NCBI GenBank assembly: GCA_963514005.1 | Contig: OY740794.1 | Span: 46,872,001 to 46,936,000, forward strand | Length of the DNA stretch: 64,000 nt | DNA from: Raja brachyura | Taxonomy: Eukaryota | Reading direction: 5' to 3' | Shown: in pieces, positions 38,294-50,421 of the stretch | Numbering within the stretch: position 1 is the first letter of the stretch | How the letters are laid out: the number at the start of each line of letters is the position of its first letter | Program-made: the position numbers and the translations under genes | The notes under the pieces: generated by a model | Told to the model about the DNA's origin: nothing | Seen by the model: only the letters and a program-made list of their open reading frames with translations | The model's database searches: none

Positions 38294-40159
38294 AAGCCTC
38301 TCTCGTGAGTGCTGAGTCCAAACCATGGGTGACCAACCCACCTTATGGGCGAGAGCACTCTGCAGCCATATAAATGCCTATTTGAATTGGTCTTTAGGTT
38401 CCCAATGAGGCAAAGCAAGCATAAAAAATAAAATAATCCCTTTCTTCAAATGTTACTGTAAGTAAGCAGTGCATACAATGAAGGATTATGGAGAGATTTC
38501 AAAGAATTAGCTGTAAAACCATCGTATGATTGAATGAATATGAATTGAATGTGGAACTAATATTAGACACAGGTAATAACATGGAGGTCTAATTTGTTCA
38601 GAAGAGTAATATTTTTATAAATATTTCAAGGCTAAAGCAGATGATGGGTATATATTTATTTTCCAAGGATATTTATATGGGTGACATCACTATGATTAAA
38701 TGGCTCAACTCTCCAGGCTTATTTTTGTTCCGATACAAAAATGTTCGGGGTCCAGACTCAAAACATCACCTATCCATGTGCTTCAGAGAAGCTAGACACA
38801 AAATGCTAGATTCATCAGCGGGACAGACAGCATCTCTGGAAAGAAGGGTTTTGGGTTGAGACCCTTCTTCAGACCCAACATTATGTGTTGTTCTTCAGTG
38901 TTCGCTATTAAACTTGGCTCGGACAAAACTCTGAACATTAATACCTCTTTATCTGTTATTTGCTCTTTATCAATTTATTCATTCATGTGTGTATTTACGT
39001 ATATAATGGTATATGGACACACTGATCTGTTTTGTAGTCAATGCCTACTATGTTCTGTTGTGCTAAGCAAAGAAATAATTTCATTGTCCTGTCAGGGACA
39101 CATGACAATAAACTCTTTTGATTTGACTTTGACTAAATCAGCATCTGCAGTTCCTTCCTACACATTTCTTTGGATAAGCTGCCTGATCTGCTGAGTTACT
39201 CCAGCATTTTGTAGTCATTTCCTCAGATTAGGATATGTTTTTATAATATTGGCCATAGCAGAAAGGAACACATCCACTGCTGAATCCAGAGGTTGTGATA
39301 CAAGTCCCACTCTAGAGACTGAATATAAAAATCTAAACCAGCATTTCAATGCGGTTCAGTGAAAGCTGCAATGTTGGAGGAGGTGGGTGAGACTTTCTAC
39401 TGGATCTGTCTTTTCTTCTAGTTGGAGGTAATACATCGCAAGGCTTGATTTCAATGAAGAGCAATGGGGTTGTACCTGGTGTCCAGGCCAATATTTATCC
39501 CTCAATTAACATCACTAATAATCTGATCATTTATCACATTGTGTTCCTTGAAAGCTTGCTGTGTGCAAATTGGTTTGCTGTGTGTCCTATATACCATTAG
39601 TGTCTGCAATTCAGATCTATTTCACTGATTGCAAAAGACTTTAGGACATCAGAGTTTGTGAAAGCTTGCTTTATAGATACAAACCTGATTTACTTTATAG
39701 CCGAAAGATACTTTCATTGAAATGATAAAGTATCAACATATTTAAACATGGTTAAAAATAACGAGACAAGTTTATTTTCAACTGGTTGTACTGATTCAGC
39801 AACTACCAATGCTGGGCATAAATGGGATCAAGTTGTAAAAACTGCTTACTTTAGCAGAGGAATAGTGAGCTATAATTGTATAATAAAAAACACAGCATTA
39901 AAAATTGTCCATGTTTAAGTGGGCAAGCTAAATCATTGGGACTTCACCACATCATCCAATGGTTTCCTGCTAATTTATATGTTTCTTTCATCTTATGATT
40001 AAAGGAAACTGAAGGGTGCCTTTTGGTAGGTAGGGAATGTTGTTCTGCCTTTACAATAGCTGGAAACTCATTATAAGCAAAATTCAGATGGGTCCAGTAA
40101 TAGGAGATAGTACAGAAAATTAAAACAGTTTGGTGTCTCAATTTTGGGACTGGCAATTT

Positions 40160-40275
40160 TACTGACTCATTTGGCACACATTCTGACCAATCATCCCTAG
40201 TTTCACTCCCAGACGCACTCACTGTTTTAATGGACTATAAAACAACATATTTGAGACAAGCATGATCAAAGCTCC
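40160..40275 (+). promoter_or_regulatory. Candidate core promoter of the actinodin-like gene
   Basis: AP-1 TGACTCA (40163-40169), TTGGCA (40171), CCAAT (40187-40191), TATAAAA (40236-40242) and TCF-like ATCAAAG (40265-40271). About 1 kb upstream of the acceptor (41228) that precedes the ATG exon. Confidence 0.5.
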
Positions 40276-41257
40276 TACAGGATTGCCAATTCTGTTTTGA
40301 GAAACCCCTGCAGCTGGTTTTGCATGTCACATTAAGTTTATATCGAATTGAATTGAAATAATTTCAATTTTGAATCTTTTCTGTAAATATTTATCCAGTC
40401 CGTAGACCAGCCAATGGCATTTATTGTCAATTCCAATTGTCCTTTGGAAAGCATATGGTGACCAATTATCCTAGAGACATTTTGGTAAAGAGGCCTCCAG
40501 AGTGGACCTACAGTACATTGGCAATGCTGGGTTTTAGCTCCAGTACGACAACATATTTCCAAGTTACAATGTTTAACTTTGTAGAGAGCTTAAAAGTGAT
40601 GGCTTGCAAATGTCCCTGCTGCACGTCCTTCGATCTGGTGATCTCAAACAAAATGCACGCAGGTCACGGGGAGAATGCACCAACTCCATAAAGACCGAAC
40701 CCGTAGTCGGGATAGAACCCAGGACTCTGGTGCTGTAAGGCAGCAACTCTTTCACTGCATCACGTAGAAATGTTCTTAGAAAACTTTAGATAATATTTCA
40801 TCGGTTGAAGCAGAGTATAACTAATAACATTTCTGGAATTGGATTAGAAGGGATGATGTGAAAATGCATAGGAAATGTGTAGGAAGGAATTGAAGATGCT
40901 GGTCTAAACCAAAGATAGAGACAAAATGCTGGAGTAACTTAGCGGGACAGGCATCATCTCTGGAGAGAAGGGTCGAGTCCCTTCTTCAGAGTGAAGAACA
41001 CACCAGAGTTACTCCAGCACTTTGTGTCTATCAGTTTGTGGAAAAGGATAGGGTTTGTAAACTTTAACTGTTACTAGAAGATTTACATAATAGACTGGGT
41101 TGCAGTTTCTTTTTTTGCATGTTGCTATATGGATGTTATTAATCCCAGATTGTGCATGAAAATGTGCCATCAATTTGTGCTCAACATCATAAGAGGCAAT
41201 TAAACACATTTTATTATGTTTTCCACAGTTTACACAGGTGATAAAACATAGGTTAAC

Positions 41258-41327
41258 ATGGGCGATGCAAAGGAGAACTTTTTTTCTTTGATCCTGGCTA
41301 CTGTGGTTCTGACCATGTACTTACCCG
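41258..41327 (+). CDS. Actinodin-like protein, first coding exon (signal peptide)
   Basis: TTTTCCACAG acceptor at 41228, AACATGG start, MGDAKENFFSLILATVVLTMYLP with a hydrophobic core, GTGAGT donor (phase 1). Confidence 0.8.
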
Positions 41328-41655
41328 GTGAGTGGAATTATTTTGACTACTATTAATATTTTATAAGAGGTTTTCTTCTCGTTTAATAGTACACATATGC
41401 ACTCCACCTGGCTGACTATCTAAATAAAAAGCCTATTTTCATGCCATTTGATTCTTGTTAAATCAGAAAAATATATAGTATTGACATGTAAACATTAATG
41501 ATATACAATATTTGGTCAGTTTTATCTAACATTACTATAATACTATTTGCTGAACATGTATTCCATGCTATGCAAAGATGTCAAACCAAAGTAATCTCTG
41601 ATATATTCCAGATTTTGCCTCTGTTTTTGCTTTACTAATCATGATCCTATCTCTA

Positions 41656-41783
41656 NNNNNNNNNNNNNNNNNNNNNNNNNNNNNNNNNNNNNNNNNNNNN
41701 NNNNNNNNNNNNNNNNNNNNNNNNNNNNNNNNNNNNNNNNNNNNNNNNNNNNNNNNNNNNNNNNNNNNNNNNNNNNNNNNNNN
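41656..41783. other. Assembly gap (N run) within an intron
   Basis: 128 N characters. Confidence 0.99.
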
Positions 41784-43323
41784 AATGCATCCATCAGCAC
41801 AAAACACCAAACTATTTCCACTTAATTACTAGGTATAAATAAAGTTGTCTGCTTTTTAACATGGAATGGCAGAGAAAGGCACCATTTAACTTTTCAAGTC
41901 TGAACAAGCAGTCTAAAACTGCTGCCCAATTAAATCTAGTATCCAACTATTTCCATCAGTTCCTTCCTATCTCTCATTTACTGCCAACAAGGAACTTAAT
42001 GTGAGATGAGGGTTTCCTCATGTCGGCTGACAATATTTAGCTCAATGTATAGGAAGGAACTGCAGATGCTGGTTTAAACCGGATAGACACAAAAAACTGG
42101 AGTAACTCAGCGGGCCAAGCAGCAACTCTCGAGAAAAGAAATAGGTGATGTTTCGGGTAGAGACATTTCCAACATTTAGCTCAAGCTCATTATTAATGTC
42201 TCCACTCACTTTAAATTGACTACTTTTTAAACATTCAGCACTGGATGAAATTTCCTTCAGCCAAGCACGGGGAAGACTGATTTCATTATCTTCAGTGCCT
42301 ACAACAGACCACATTCCTTAAGCAGTGACGCTATCTTTTTCCTTGGTATTCATCTGAAACTGAGCCAGACTTTCTGGTTCGATTTCAGTTGAATACCAAG
42401 GAGAGTAAACCAGACATATTTAACCTCATGCCACAAGTAAAGTTGCCTAATTCCACCATCATGTCACTGTTAGATTGCACCACACATTCATGCCTGTAAC
42501 CTTGTGGTGTGACCATTCCAATGCACATCTAGCCAGCCTCTCTCATTCTATAAAACTTCCACACCCGCTCCTCTTGGATCAGCTAGAAGGAGGGCCCCAA
42601 GAAAAGAACAGTTTTCATACTAACAATTTTATTTTCCCTATCCTTTTTGTCAGGAAATAAAAAGAAGAAATGTTGTTTTTACGGTAACTTTCCTCAAAAA
42701 AGTAGTTGTTAAACGGCATCATTATGGAAACATATTATGTGGGTGGAATTGTTAAAATTCCATGTTAAAAAGCAGACAACTTTATTATGTGGGTGGAATT
42801 ATGTCCTGTCACACCAAATGTGGGTACAGTGTTTTACGTCACTACAATTAACGCTAAAATTAAGTTATGTGAAATGCATTTTGCACAAGATTCAACAGAA
42901 TAAACATTTGGGAGCAAAAGACGTAAAATTATACAAGAGCACTTCAAACGTTTCTTGCTCTACAATTCATACAATTCATTGAATTGTTCAATTATATTTT
43001 GTCAAAGTCAAAGTAAACTTTATTGACAATTCAAGTAATGCAACAAGTAGTTACACAGAGGATTGAAATTGTGTTTCCCCATACTCCAAATGTGCAAGTA
43101 ATATTTATTTATAACACAGACAGACAACAGACCATATACCATTTTGCAAACAATATATGTTTGATTGCACTGAATACTATGGTAGTTGTTCTGGAGGCAA
43201 TTTGATTTTGCAGTTTTAGAAGCATACCAGCCATAATATTATTAAGGAATATTCTGCAATTTATCCATAACCTGATCAAAATAAAATATTCTGAAAGATG
43301 AATTACATTCCTTTATAACCATA

Positions 43324-43657
43324 TAACCATATAACCATATAACAATTACAGCACGGAAACAGGCCTTCTCGGCCCTTCCAGTCCGTGCCGACCATTTATT
43401 TTCCCCTAGTCCCATCTACCTGCACTCAGACCATACCCCTGCATTCCCTTCCCATCCATATACCTATCCACTTTACTTTTAAATGTTAAAATCGATCCTG
43501 CCTCCACCACTTCTGCAGGAAGATCATTCCACACAGCCACCACTCTCTGAATAAAGAAGTTCCCCCTCATGTTACCCCTAAACTTCTGTCTCTTAATTCT
43601 CATGTCATGCCCTCTTGTTTGAATCTTTCCTACCCTCAATGGGAAAAGCTTATCCAC
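43324..43657 (-). mobile_element. CR1-like LINE 3' fragment (second subfamily)
   Basis: QTRGHDMRIK..NFFIQRVVAVWNDLP, with a (TATGGTTA)n tail. Confidence 0.85.
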
Positions 43658-44942
43658 TGCATATTATAAGCTTATAACTGTATATTATAAGCTTATAACT
43701 GTAAAATTTCTACAAAGAACATTGTAATATTAATAGCCAATTATGTATTTTATTTGTAAATCATTTTTCCACCATGTCTCTTATTCCCCAGTGCGTAACA
43801 GCAACAAGTAAAAGATTATTTGGTTAGGAAAATGCTATTTATTATACAAATGCAGAATGTATTAAACAATGGATTGTGATTTAATCGAGCTGTTGAGATA
43901 ACCTTGTTAAGTCAGAAACTTTCTTACAGTTTGGCTTTCTTCCCAACCAATTGTTCAAGCGCTTTTGATTGCAACATTCATCTTAATTTAGTTCAACATA
44001 GAAACTGACAAGTTACTAAAGAACAGTTAGCAATGATACGAACCAATCTCTAGAACTAAATTAAAACATTTAATTTCATTCTTTGAGTCTTTCTTGGGAT
44101 GTGTGTGGGGTGGAGGGTGTCTTCCTAAACTGTTGTAGTTCAAGTGGGTGAATTTACTCCCACCTTGTTGTTAGGTACTGAATATAAGAAGCAACAGAAT
44201 ACTATGTGCTCGTGGAGTCTATTCAATAAAATAACGGCTAGCCCTGAGATTCAATTTTATTCTCCTCCCTGATCCCAAAATCTCTCGATTTCTATTATAT
44301 TCTAAAATCTTTCACTCAGCCTTGAATCAAATCACCCACCAGCTGACCATCCAGAACCATTATGTGTATAGATGCTAAATGATTTGCAACTCTGATTGAA
44401 TATATATCCTCACATCTAAATCACAAATGCCTGCTCTTCTATTATTTTAATCCATTGACTCCTTCATGCACTGTGCTATTTAACCATTTTACAAAACTCA
44501 ACATTTCCAAGAAATAAAATCATTATAGTTGTGACAGGAAATCTGCAAATTATTAAAGCCAAATCAAATCAAAATGAAGCTGCTGTTATCATAGGTAGGG
44601 TTTTCATAAAACATTATTTACTACTCAGCAAACGTTTTAACTAGTATGAGGAGTAAGCATGTAAAATTATTTACTAAATTTCTATAATGCTTCAAGCAAA
44701 TTAGATTAGCTTTGTAGTTTCAGGTTTGGGTTTCCATTAGGTCACATTAACAGCCTGCTCCTGCTGATAGAATTTTGCAAGTAAAGTGTTTGAAGATCAC
44801 ACCAGTAAAATATCACCTGTGGCACTGGGACATGAGGAGTTCACTGTGTTTACAGAACAGCCTATTTAGCAGATAATGGCTTTGGCCCTGTTCCTTCAGT
44901 CTGTCACATCTGCTTTGCTTACATTTTGTTGGTTTCTTTCAG

Positions 44943-44987
44943 ACATGCTGGAGGCTAACGTTCTTCGCCGGCTCTTGAAAAGGGATG
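44943..44987 (+). CDS. Actinodin-like protein, coding exon 2
   Basis: TTTCTTTCAG acceptor, (D)MLEANVLRRLLKRD, GTAAGT donor. Phase 1-1, compatible with the flanking exons. Confidence 0.8.
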
Positions 44988-46482
44988 GTAAGTAGCTCGC
45001 TGCATGTTAATGGAACACAGCAAAAGCATCCAAGTCATAAACAGTCACCAATCAGAGAAATCGTTGTTCTAAATTGAGCTAACCACTTGCATTACTTACA
45101 AGCAACTGACCCTGATAATGTAGACTCAAGGAACTGCAAATGCTGGTTTGCAAAAGAAGACACAAGATGCTAGAGTAACTCAGTGTGTCAGGCAGCATAT
45201 CAGGAGAACATGAATTGGCAATGTTTTGGGTCAGGATCCTTCTTCAGACTGATAACATTGTTAATATCTGGATTATTTGGTGTGTTAGTTAATCATACCA
45301 AGTAGAGTCATAGATTCATACAGTGTGGAAACAGGCCCTTCTGCCCAACTTGCCCACACCGACCAACATGTCCCATCTACACTAGTCCCACCTGCCTGTG
45401 TTTGGCCCATATCCATCTAAACCTGTCCTATCCATGTACCTGAAGTAGGTAGGTTTCATCAAAGTGTAAAGAATTGTCCTAACCAGAAACATCACCTATG
45501 CCTGACTCGCTGACTTACTCCAGCATTTTGTTTTTTTCTTTTGTAAATTAGCATTTGCAGTTTCTTGTTTCTACAGCATCAGTGGAGAACATGGATAGGT
45601 GATGTGTCAGGTTGGGACCCTTCTTCAGGCTGATAATGTAGCAGAATTCTGAATGCTTGGTGTTGGATTTCCTCACACCAAGTAGGTAGGTTTCAAGGTT
45701 TGATTCCCACTCTGTCATCAGTTAGCTGATCATTGCTAAACACATCTGTGAAGAGTGTAATCATTCTGCCTATACTCTGGGAGGGGAAACAATCTTAACC
45801 AGTCTTCCTGCTGTTGTTTGTTGATCACTAAAGTCTACAGGAAATAAATTTACAATGTTTCTTCCTCCCCCTGCCAGGCACTTCTCCCACTCAATGAAAG
45901 TAAAATAGCTCACTGGTACTCATTAACCTTAAACATCAAACACAACTACCCTAGACAAGGAAGCTGGAAAGATGTTGGTCCGGAGAGAACAAGTTTTGAT
46001 CCCAAGTTACAGTTCTCGGGGCTGGGTTGTGCCAGAGGAGATAGGGATGGGAGGGGGTGGAGGGGGGCGGGGGGGGGGGGGGGGGTGGAGGGAGAGTTGA
46101 TGAGGGTGCGCCACGATAATTTAAAGGAAAGGAGAGTCCTTTTAATGCTAGTTTGCCATTAAACTTATGTAATTTCCTTTGAAACCTATGTTGTCCTTTT
46201 TCCATTATAATCTTGGAAATGTTTTAGAGTAGAATTATTTTTACTATTTATGAAGTACATTTTTAAATAAGCCCCACTTAATATATATAAAGCTTGGTGA
46301 TTTGATGGTGTACATTGAATATTTGTAATTTAAAAAACACCTATCGTAAATGACACAGCAAGTAATGCTATTTTCATAATTTGTTTGTTTCTTGGCACAT
46401 TGCTCTTCCAAAGGTGCTTATTCTTTCTGTTGGATGGCATCATTAGTTCTCTGACACCTTTTTGATACCTCTCCTCCATTAG

Positions 46483-46533
46483 GCACACAGATCGTTACAG
46501 CGAGTACAAATGGCGAGATCATAGTCAAGCCTG
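46483..46533 (+). CDS. Candidate additional 51-nt exon of the actinodin-like gene
   Basis: Branch-like CTGAC, pyrimidine tract and TAG acceptor. Open in phase 1-1: (G)TQIVTASTNGEIIVKP. The donor GTCAAT is weak. Confidence 0.45.
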
Positions 46534-47909
46534 GTCAATCTTATCTTGCATCTATAAATGTATTATTATGTAAGCAGGGATTGCTGATTAATGAGCAGTA
46601 CAGGAATCAAGAACCAGAGGACATCGGTTTAGGGTGAGAGAGAAAGGTTTAATAGCAACCTGAGGGGCACATTTTTCACTGGTGGGTGTATGGAACGAAC
46701 TGCCAGAGGAGGTAGTTGAGGCAGGTACTATAACAATACTTAAAAGACATTTGGACAGGTACATAGATAGGAAAGGTTTAGAAGGATATGGGTCAAACAT
46801 AGGCAGGTAGTGTTGGAAGGAACTGCAGGTGGTGGTTTAAACCAAAGATAGACACAAAAAGCTGGAGTAACAGCGGGACAGGTAACATCTCAGGAGAGAA
46901 GGAATGCCATTTTGGGCATTCGGGTCGAGATCCTTCTTCACACTGTAGTACTAGTGTTGATGGGGCATCTTGGTCTGCATGGGAAAGCTGGGCTGCCAAA
47001 GTGCCAGTTACTGTGCTGCAAGAATCCATGACTCCAACAGCAATGTTAAACTTGGCTTTTTCTCCTCTTTGAACTTTTAGTTGTTAAATCTATCTAAGAA
47101 AACACTATAAATATTTAGCAGATCGACAAGGAAGAAATCTTAAAAGACATGTTGTAATTCTGAAATAAAACAGAAAAAGCCAGAAATACTCAGCAAATTA
47201 GTCCCCATGGTGAATAAAATGAAGATAATGCTTTTGTATCAAAGAGCACAAAATTACCAGATTGTTGTAAGAATTGGTTTACAGAGCTTTTTTACACAGA
47301 GCTAATTCATGCAGGCTACAACAATTTGTCGCTCAAAATCAAGCAACACTACTTTATTTTGAAAGAATACCTCAAATCTGCGTTCTCATGTGATGATATA
47401 TTTGGGTCAAATGAAATCTGTTTCACTACACATGAAGCATTGCAAAGATGTGGTCAGCAGTAGGACTTAAAATTATGTTACGGTCAGAAAATGATGTAAA
47501 ACTAATTAGGTATAGGATGGAACTGCAGATGGTGGTTTACACTGAAGATAGACACAAAATGCTGGAGTAACTCAGTGGGACAGGCAGCATCTCTGGATTG
47601 AAGGAATGGGGGAAGTTTCAGGTCGAGACCCTTTGTCAGACTAATTATAATGGTATTGAAAAGGGCCTATTCTTACATTTTAAAACTCATACTTTTGTGA
47701 TGTGATATTATTAAAATAACTTGAATTTATATTGAATTCCATCTTAATTTTAAATGTAATTATCACCAATTGAAATGTTTGCATGAAGCATAACATGGTG
47801 AAGAGGAAAAGTATGGAATTTACTTTCCTCAGAGCTAATGTTTCAGAAGTATGGTGGTGAAATGTAAAGCTTTAATTTCAGCTGTTTTCATTGTTTCTAT
47901 TTCCTGCAG

Positions 47910-48061
47910 TTGATGAAGACAAAATAGCTGTGGAGCCCAAAGAAGCAAACAATTTTTTAAGCAAATTGATACGCTCAAAACGGCATACAAAAAGGCATCA
48001 ATTTCCCCCTGATTTCTGGAAGGCATATCAGCATTTTTCTGACATAGGATTTGATGAAGGA
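47910..48061 (+). CDS. Actinodin-like protein, propeptide/conserved-domain exon
   Basis: TTTCCTGCAG acceptor, (V)DEDKIAVEPKEANNFLSKLIRSKRHTKRHQFPPDFWKAYQHFSDIGFDEG, GTAAGT donor (phase 0). Furin-type site RSKR. Confidence 0.9.
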
Positions 48062-48113
48062 GTAAGTATCTAATATTCTTGTGATAGAGGCATCGATATT
48101 TACTAACTATGAG

Positions 48114-48418
48114 GGCAGTACAGTGGTGCAGCGGTAGAGTTGCTGGCATAATGCGCCAGAGACCTGGGTTCGATCCTGACTCCAGGTGCTGTCTGTACAG
48201 GGTTTGTACTTTCTGCCTGTGACCGCATGTGTTTTCTCCGGGTGCTCCAGTTTCCTCCTACATTCCAAAGACGTACAGGTTTGTAGGTTAATTGGCTTCT
48301 ATAAATTGTAAATTTTCCCTAGTGTGTTGGATAGCGCTAATGTATAGGGTGATCACTGGTTGCCTCAGACTCAATGGGCAGAAGAGCCCGTTTCCATGCT
48401 GAATCTTTAAAGTCTAAA
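48114..48418 (+). mobile_element. HE1/V-SINE-like element
   Basis: GTGGTGCAGCGGTAGAG A-box, GGGTTCGATCC B-box and GTACAGGTTTGTAGGTTAATTGGC core. Confidence 0.75.
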
Positions 48419-48524
48419 GGAACTAAGAGGTGCACATGGCAATCTGCTAGTAATTGTTCATGAAAGAGGTAAGCCATTTAGGACTGAAATGATGAAAAAC
48501 GTTTTCACCCAGAGAGTTGTGGCA

Positions 48525-50335
48525 AAATTTTTCATCATCTCAGTCCTAAATGGCCTACCTCTTATTCTTAAACTGTGACCCATGTTTCTGGACTCCCCCA
48601 ACATCGGGAAAATGTTTCCTGCATCTAGCTTGTCCAAACCCTTAATAATTGTATATGTTTCGATAAGATCTCCTCTTATCCTTCTAAATTCCAGTGAATA
48701 TAAACCCAGTCAATCCATTCTTTCATCATATGTCAGTCCCGCCATCCCGGGAATTAACCTGGTGAACCTACGCTGCATTCCATCAATAGCAAGAATGTCC
48801 TTCCTCAAACTAGGAGACCAAACCTGCACACAATACTCCAGTTGCAATCTCACCAGGTCCCTGTACAACTGCAGTAGGACCACCTTGCTCCTATACTCAA
48901 ATCCTCTCACTATGAAGGCCAACATGCCATTTGCTTTCTTCACTGCCTGCTGTACCTGTATGCTTACTTTCAGTGACTGGTGTACAAGGACACTTAGGTC
49001 TCATTGTATCCCCCATTTTCCTAATCTGACACCATGCAGATAATAATCTGCCTTCTTGTTCTTGTCACCAAAGTGGATAACCTCATTATACTGCATCTGC
49101 CATGCATCTGCCCACTCACCCCATATATCCAAGTCACCCTGCAGCCTCATCGCATCCTCCTCGCAACTCACATTGCCACCCAATTTTGTGTCATCCGCAA
49201 ACTTGGAGATGTTACTTTTAATTCCTTTGTCTAAATCGTTAATATATATTGTAACTGTGGTCCCTACACTGAGCCTTGCTGCACGCTACAAGTCACAGTC
49301 TGCCATTCTGAAAAATATTTGTTAATTCCTACTCTCTACTTCCTGTCTGCCAACCAGTTCTCTATCCATGTCAATACCCCACCCCAATACCATGTTCTCT
49401 AATTTTGCACACTAATCTCTTGTGTGGGACCTTGTTATAGGGTTTTTGAAAGTCCAGATACACCACATCCACTGGTTCTCTCTTATCTATTCTACTTGTA
49501 ACATCCTCAAAAAATTCCAGATTAGTCAAGCATGATTTCCCCTTCTAATCATAAATCCATGCGGACTTTGACCGATCCTGTCACTGCCTTCCAAATGTGC
49601 TGCTATTATATCTTTACTAAATAACTCAAGCATCTTCCCCATTACTGTTGTCAGGCTAACTGGTGCATAATTCCGTGTGTTCTCTCTCTCTCCTTTCTTA
49701 AAAAGTGGGGTTACATTAGCTGCCCTCCAGTCCACAGGAACTGATCCAGAGTGTATAGAACATTGGAAAATGATCACCATTGCATCCACAAGTTCTAGGG
49801 CCACCTCCTTGAGTACTCTGGGATGCAGAACTTCAGGCCCTGGCGATTTATCTGCCTTCAGTCACAGCAGTTTACCTAACACCATTTCCTGACTAATGTG
49901 GATTTCCTTCAGTTCCTCCCTCACTCCAGTGACATGGTCCTCTAGTATTTTTTGGGAGATTCTTAGCGAAGACAGAACCAAAGTACTTGTTTAACTGGTC
50001 TGCCATTTCCTTGTTTCCCATTATAATTTTACCTGTTTCTGACTAAGGGATCTACATTTGTCTTCACTAATCCTTTCCTCTTCACACATCTAAAGAAGAT
50101 ATTACACTCAGTTTTATATTCCTCGCAAGCTTTCTTTCGTGCTCTATTTCCCCCCCCCCCCCCCCTCTTAATTAACCTCTTTGTCCTCCTCTGTTAAATT
50201 AACATAGAAACATAGAAATTAGGTGCAGGAGGAGGCCATTCGGCCCTTCGAGCCAGCACCGTCATTCATTGTGATCATGGCGAATTCTAAATTTCTCCCA
50301 GTCCTTCAGTTTACTGCTTTTTCTGGCCAATTTAT
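48525..50335 (-). mobile_element. CR1 LINE, degraded, in the last actinodin-like intron
   Basis: VPVDWRAANVTPLFKKG and KKANGMLAFI..LEYCVQVWSP in fragmented frames. Confidence 0.9.
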
Positions 50336-50421
50336 TAATATGCCTGTTCCTTGGATTTAACGCTTGGATTTAACATTGGATGTTATTATAACTGCTTCTG
50401 TTTGCCTCGTGTATTTTCCAG

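Noticed and set aside
33683-43701. Short local duplications (about 33683, 35015, 42733, 43661)
   Set aside because: Two-copy 17-25 bp slippage or repair duplications with no sign of function.
48114-48190. tRNA gene
   Set aside because: The A/B boxes belong to a tRNA-derived SINE head that continues into SINE core sequence.
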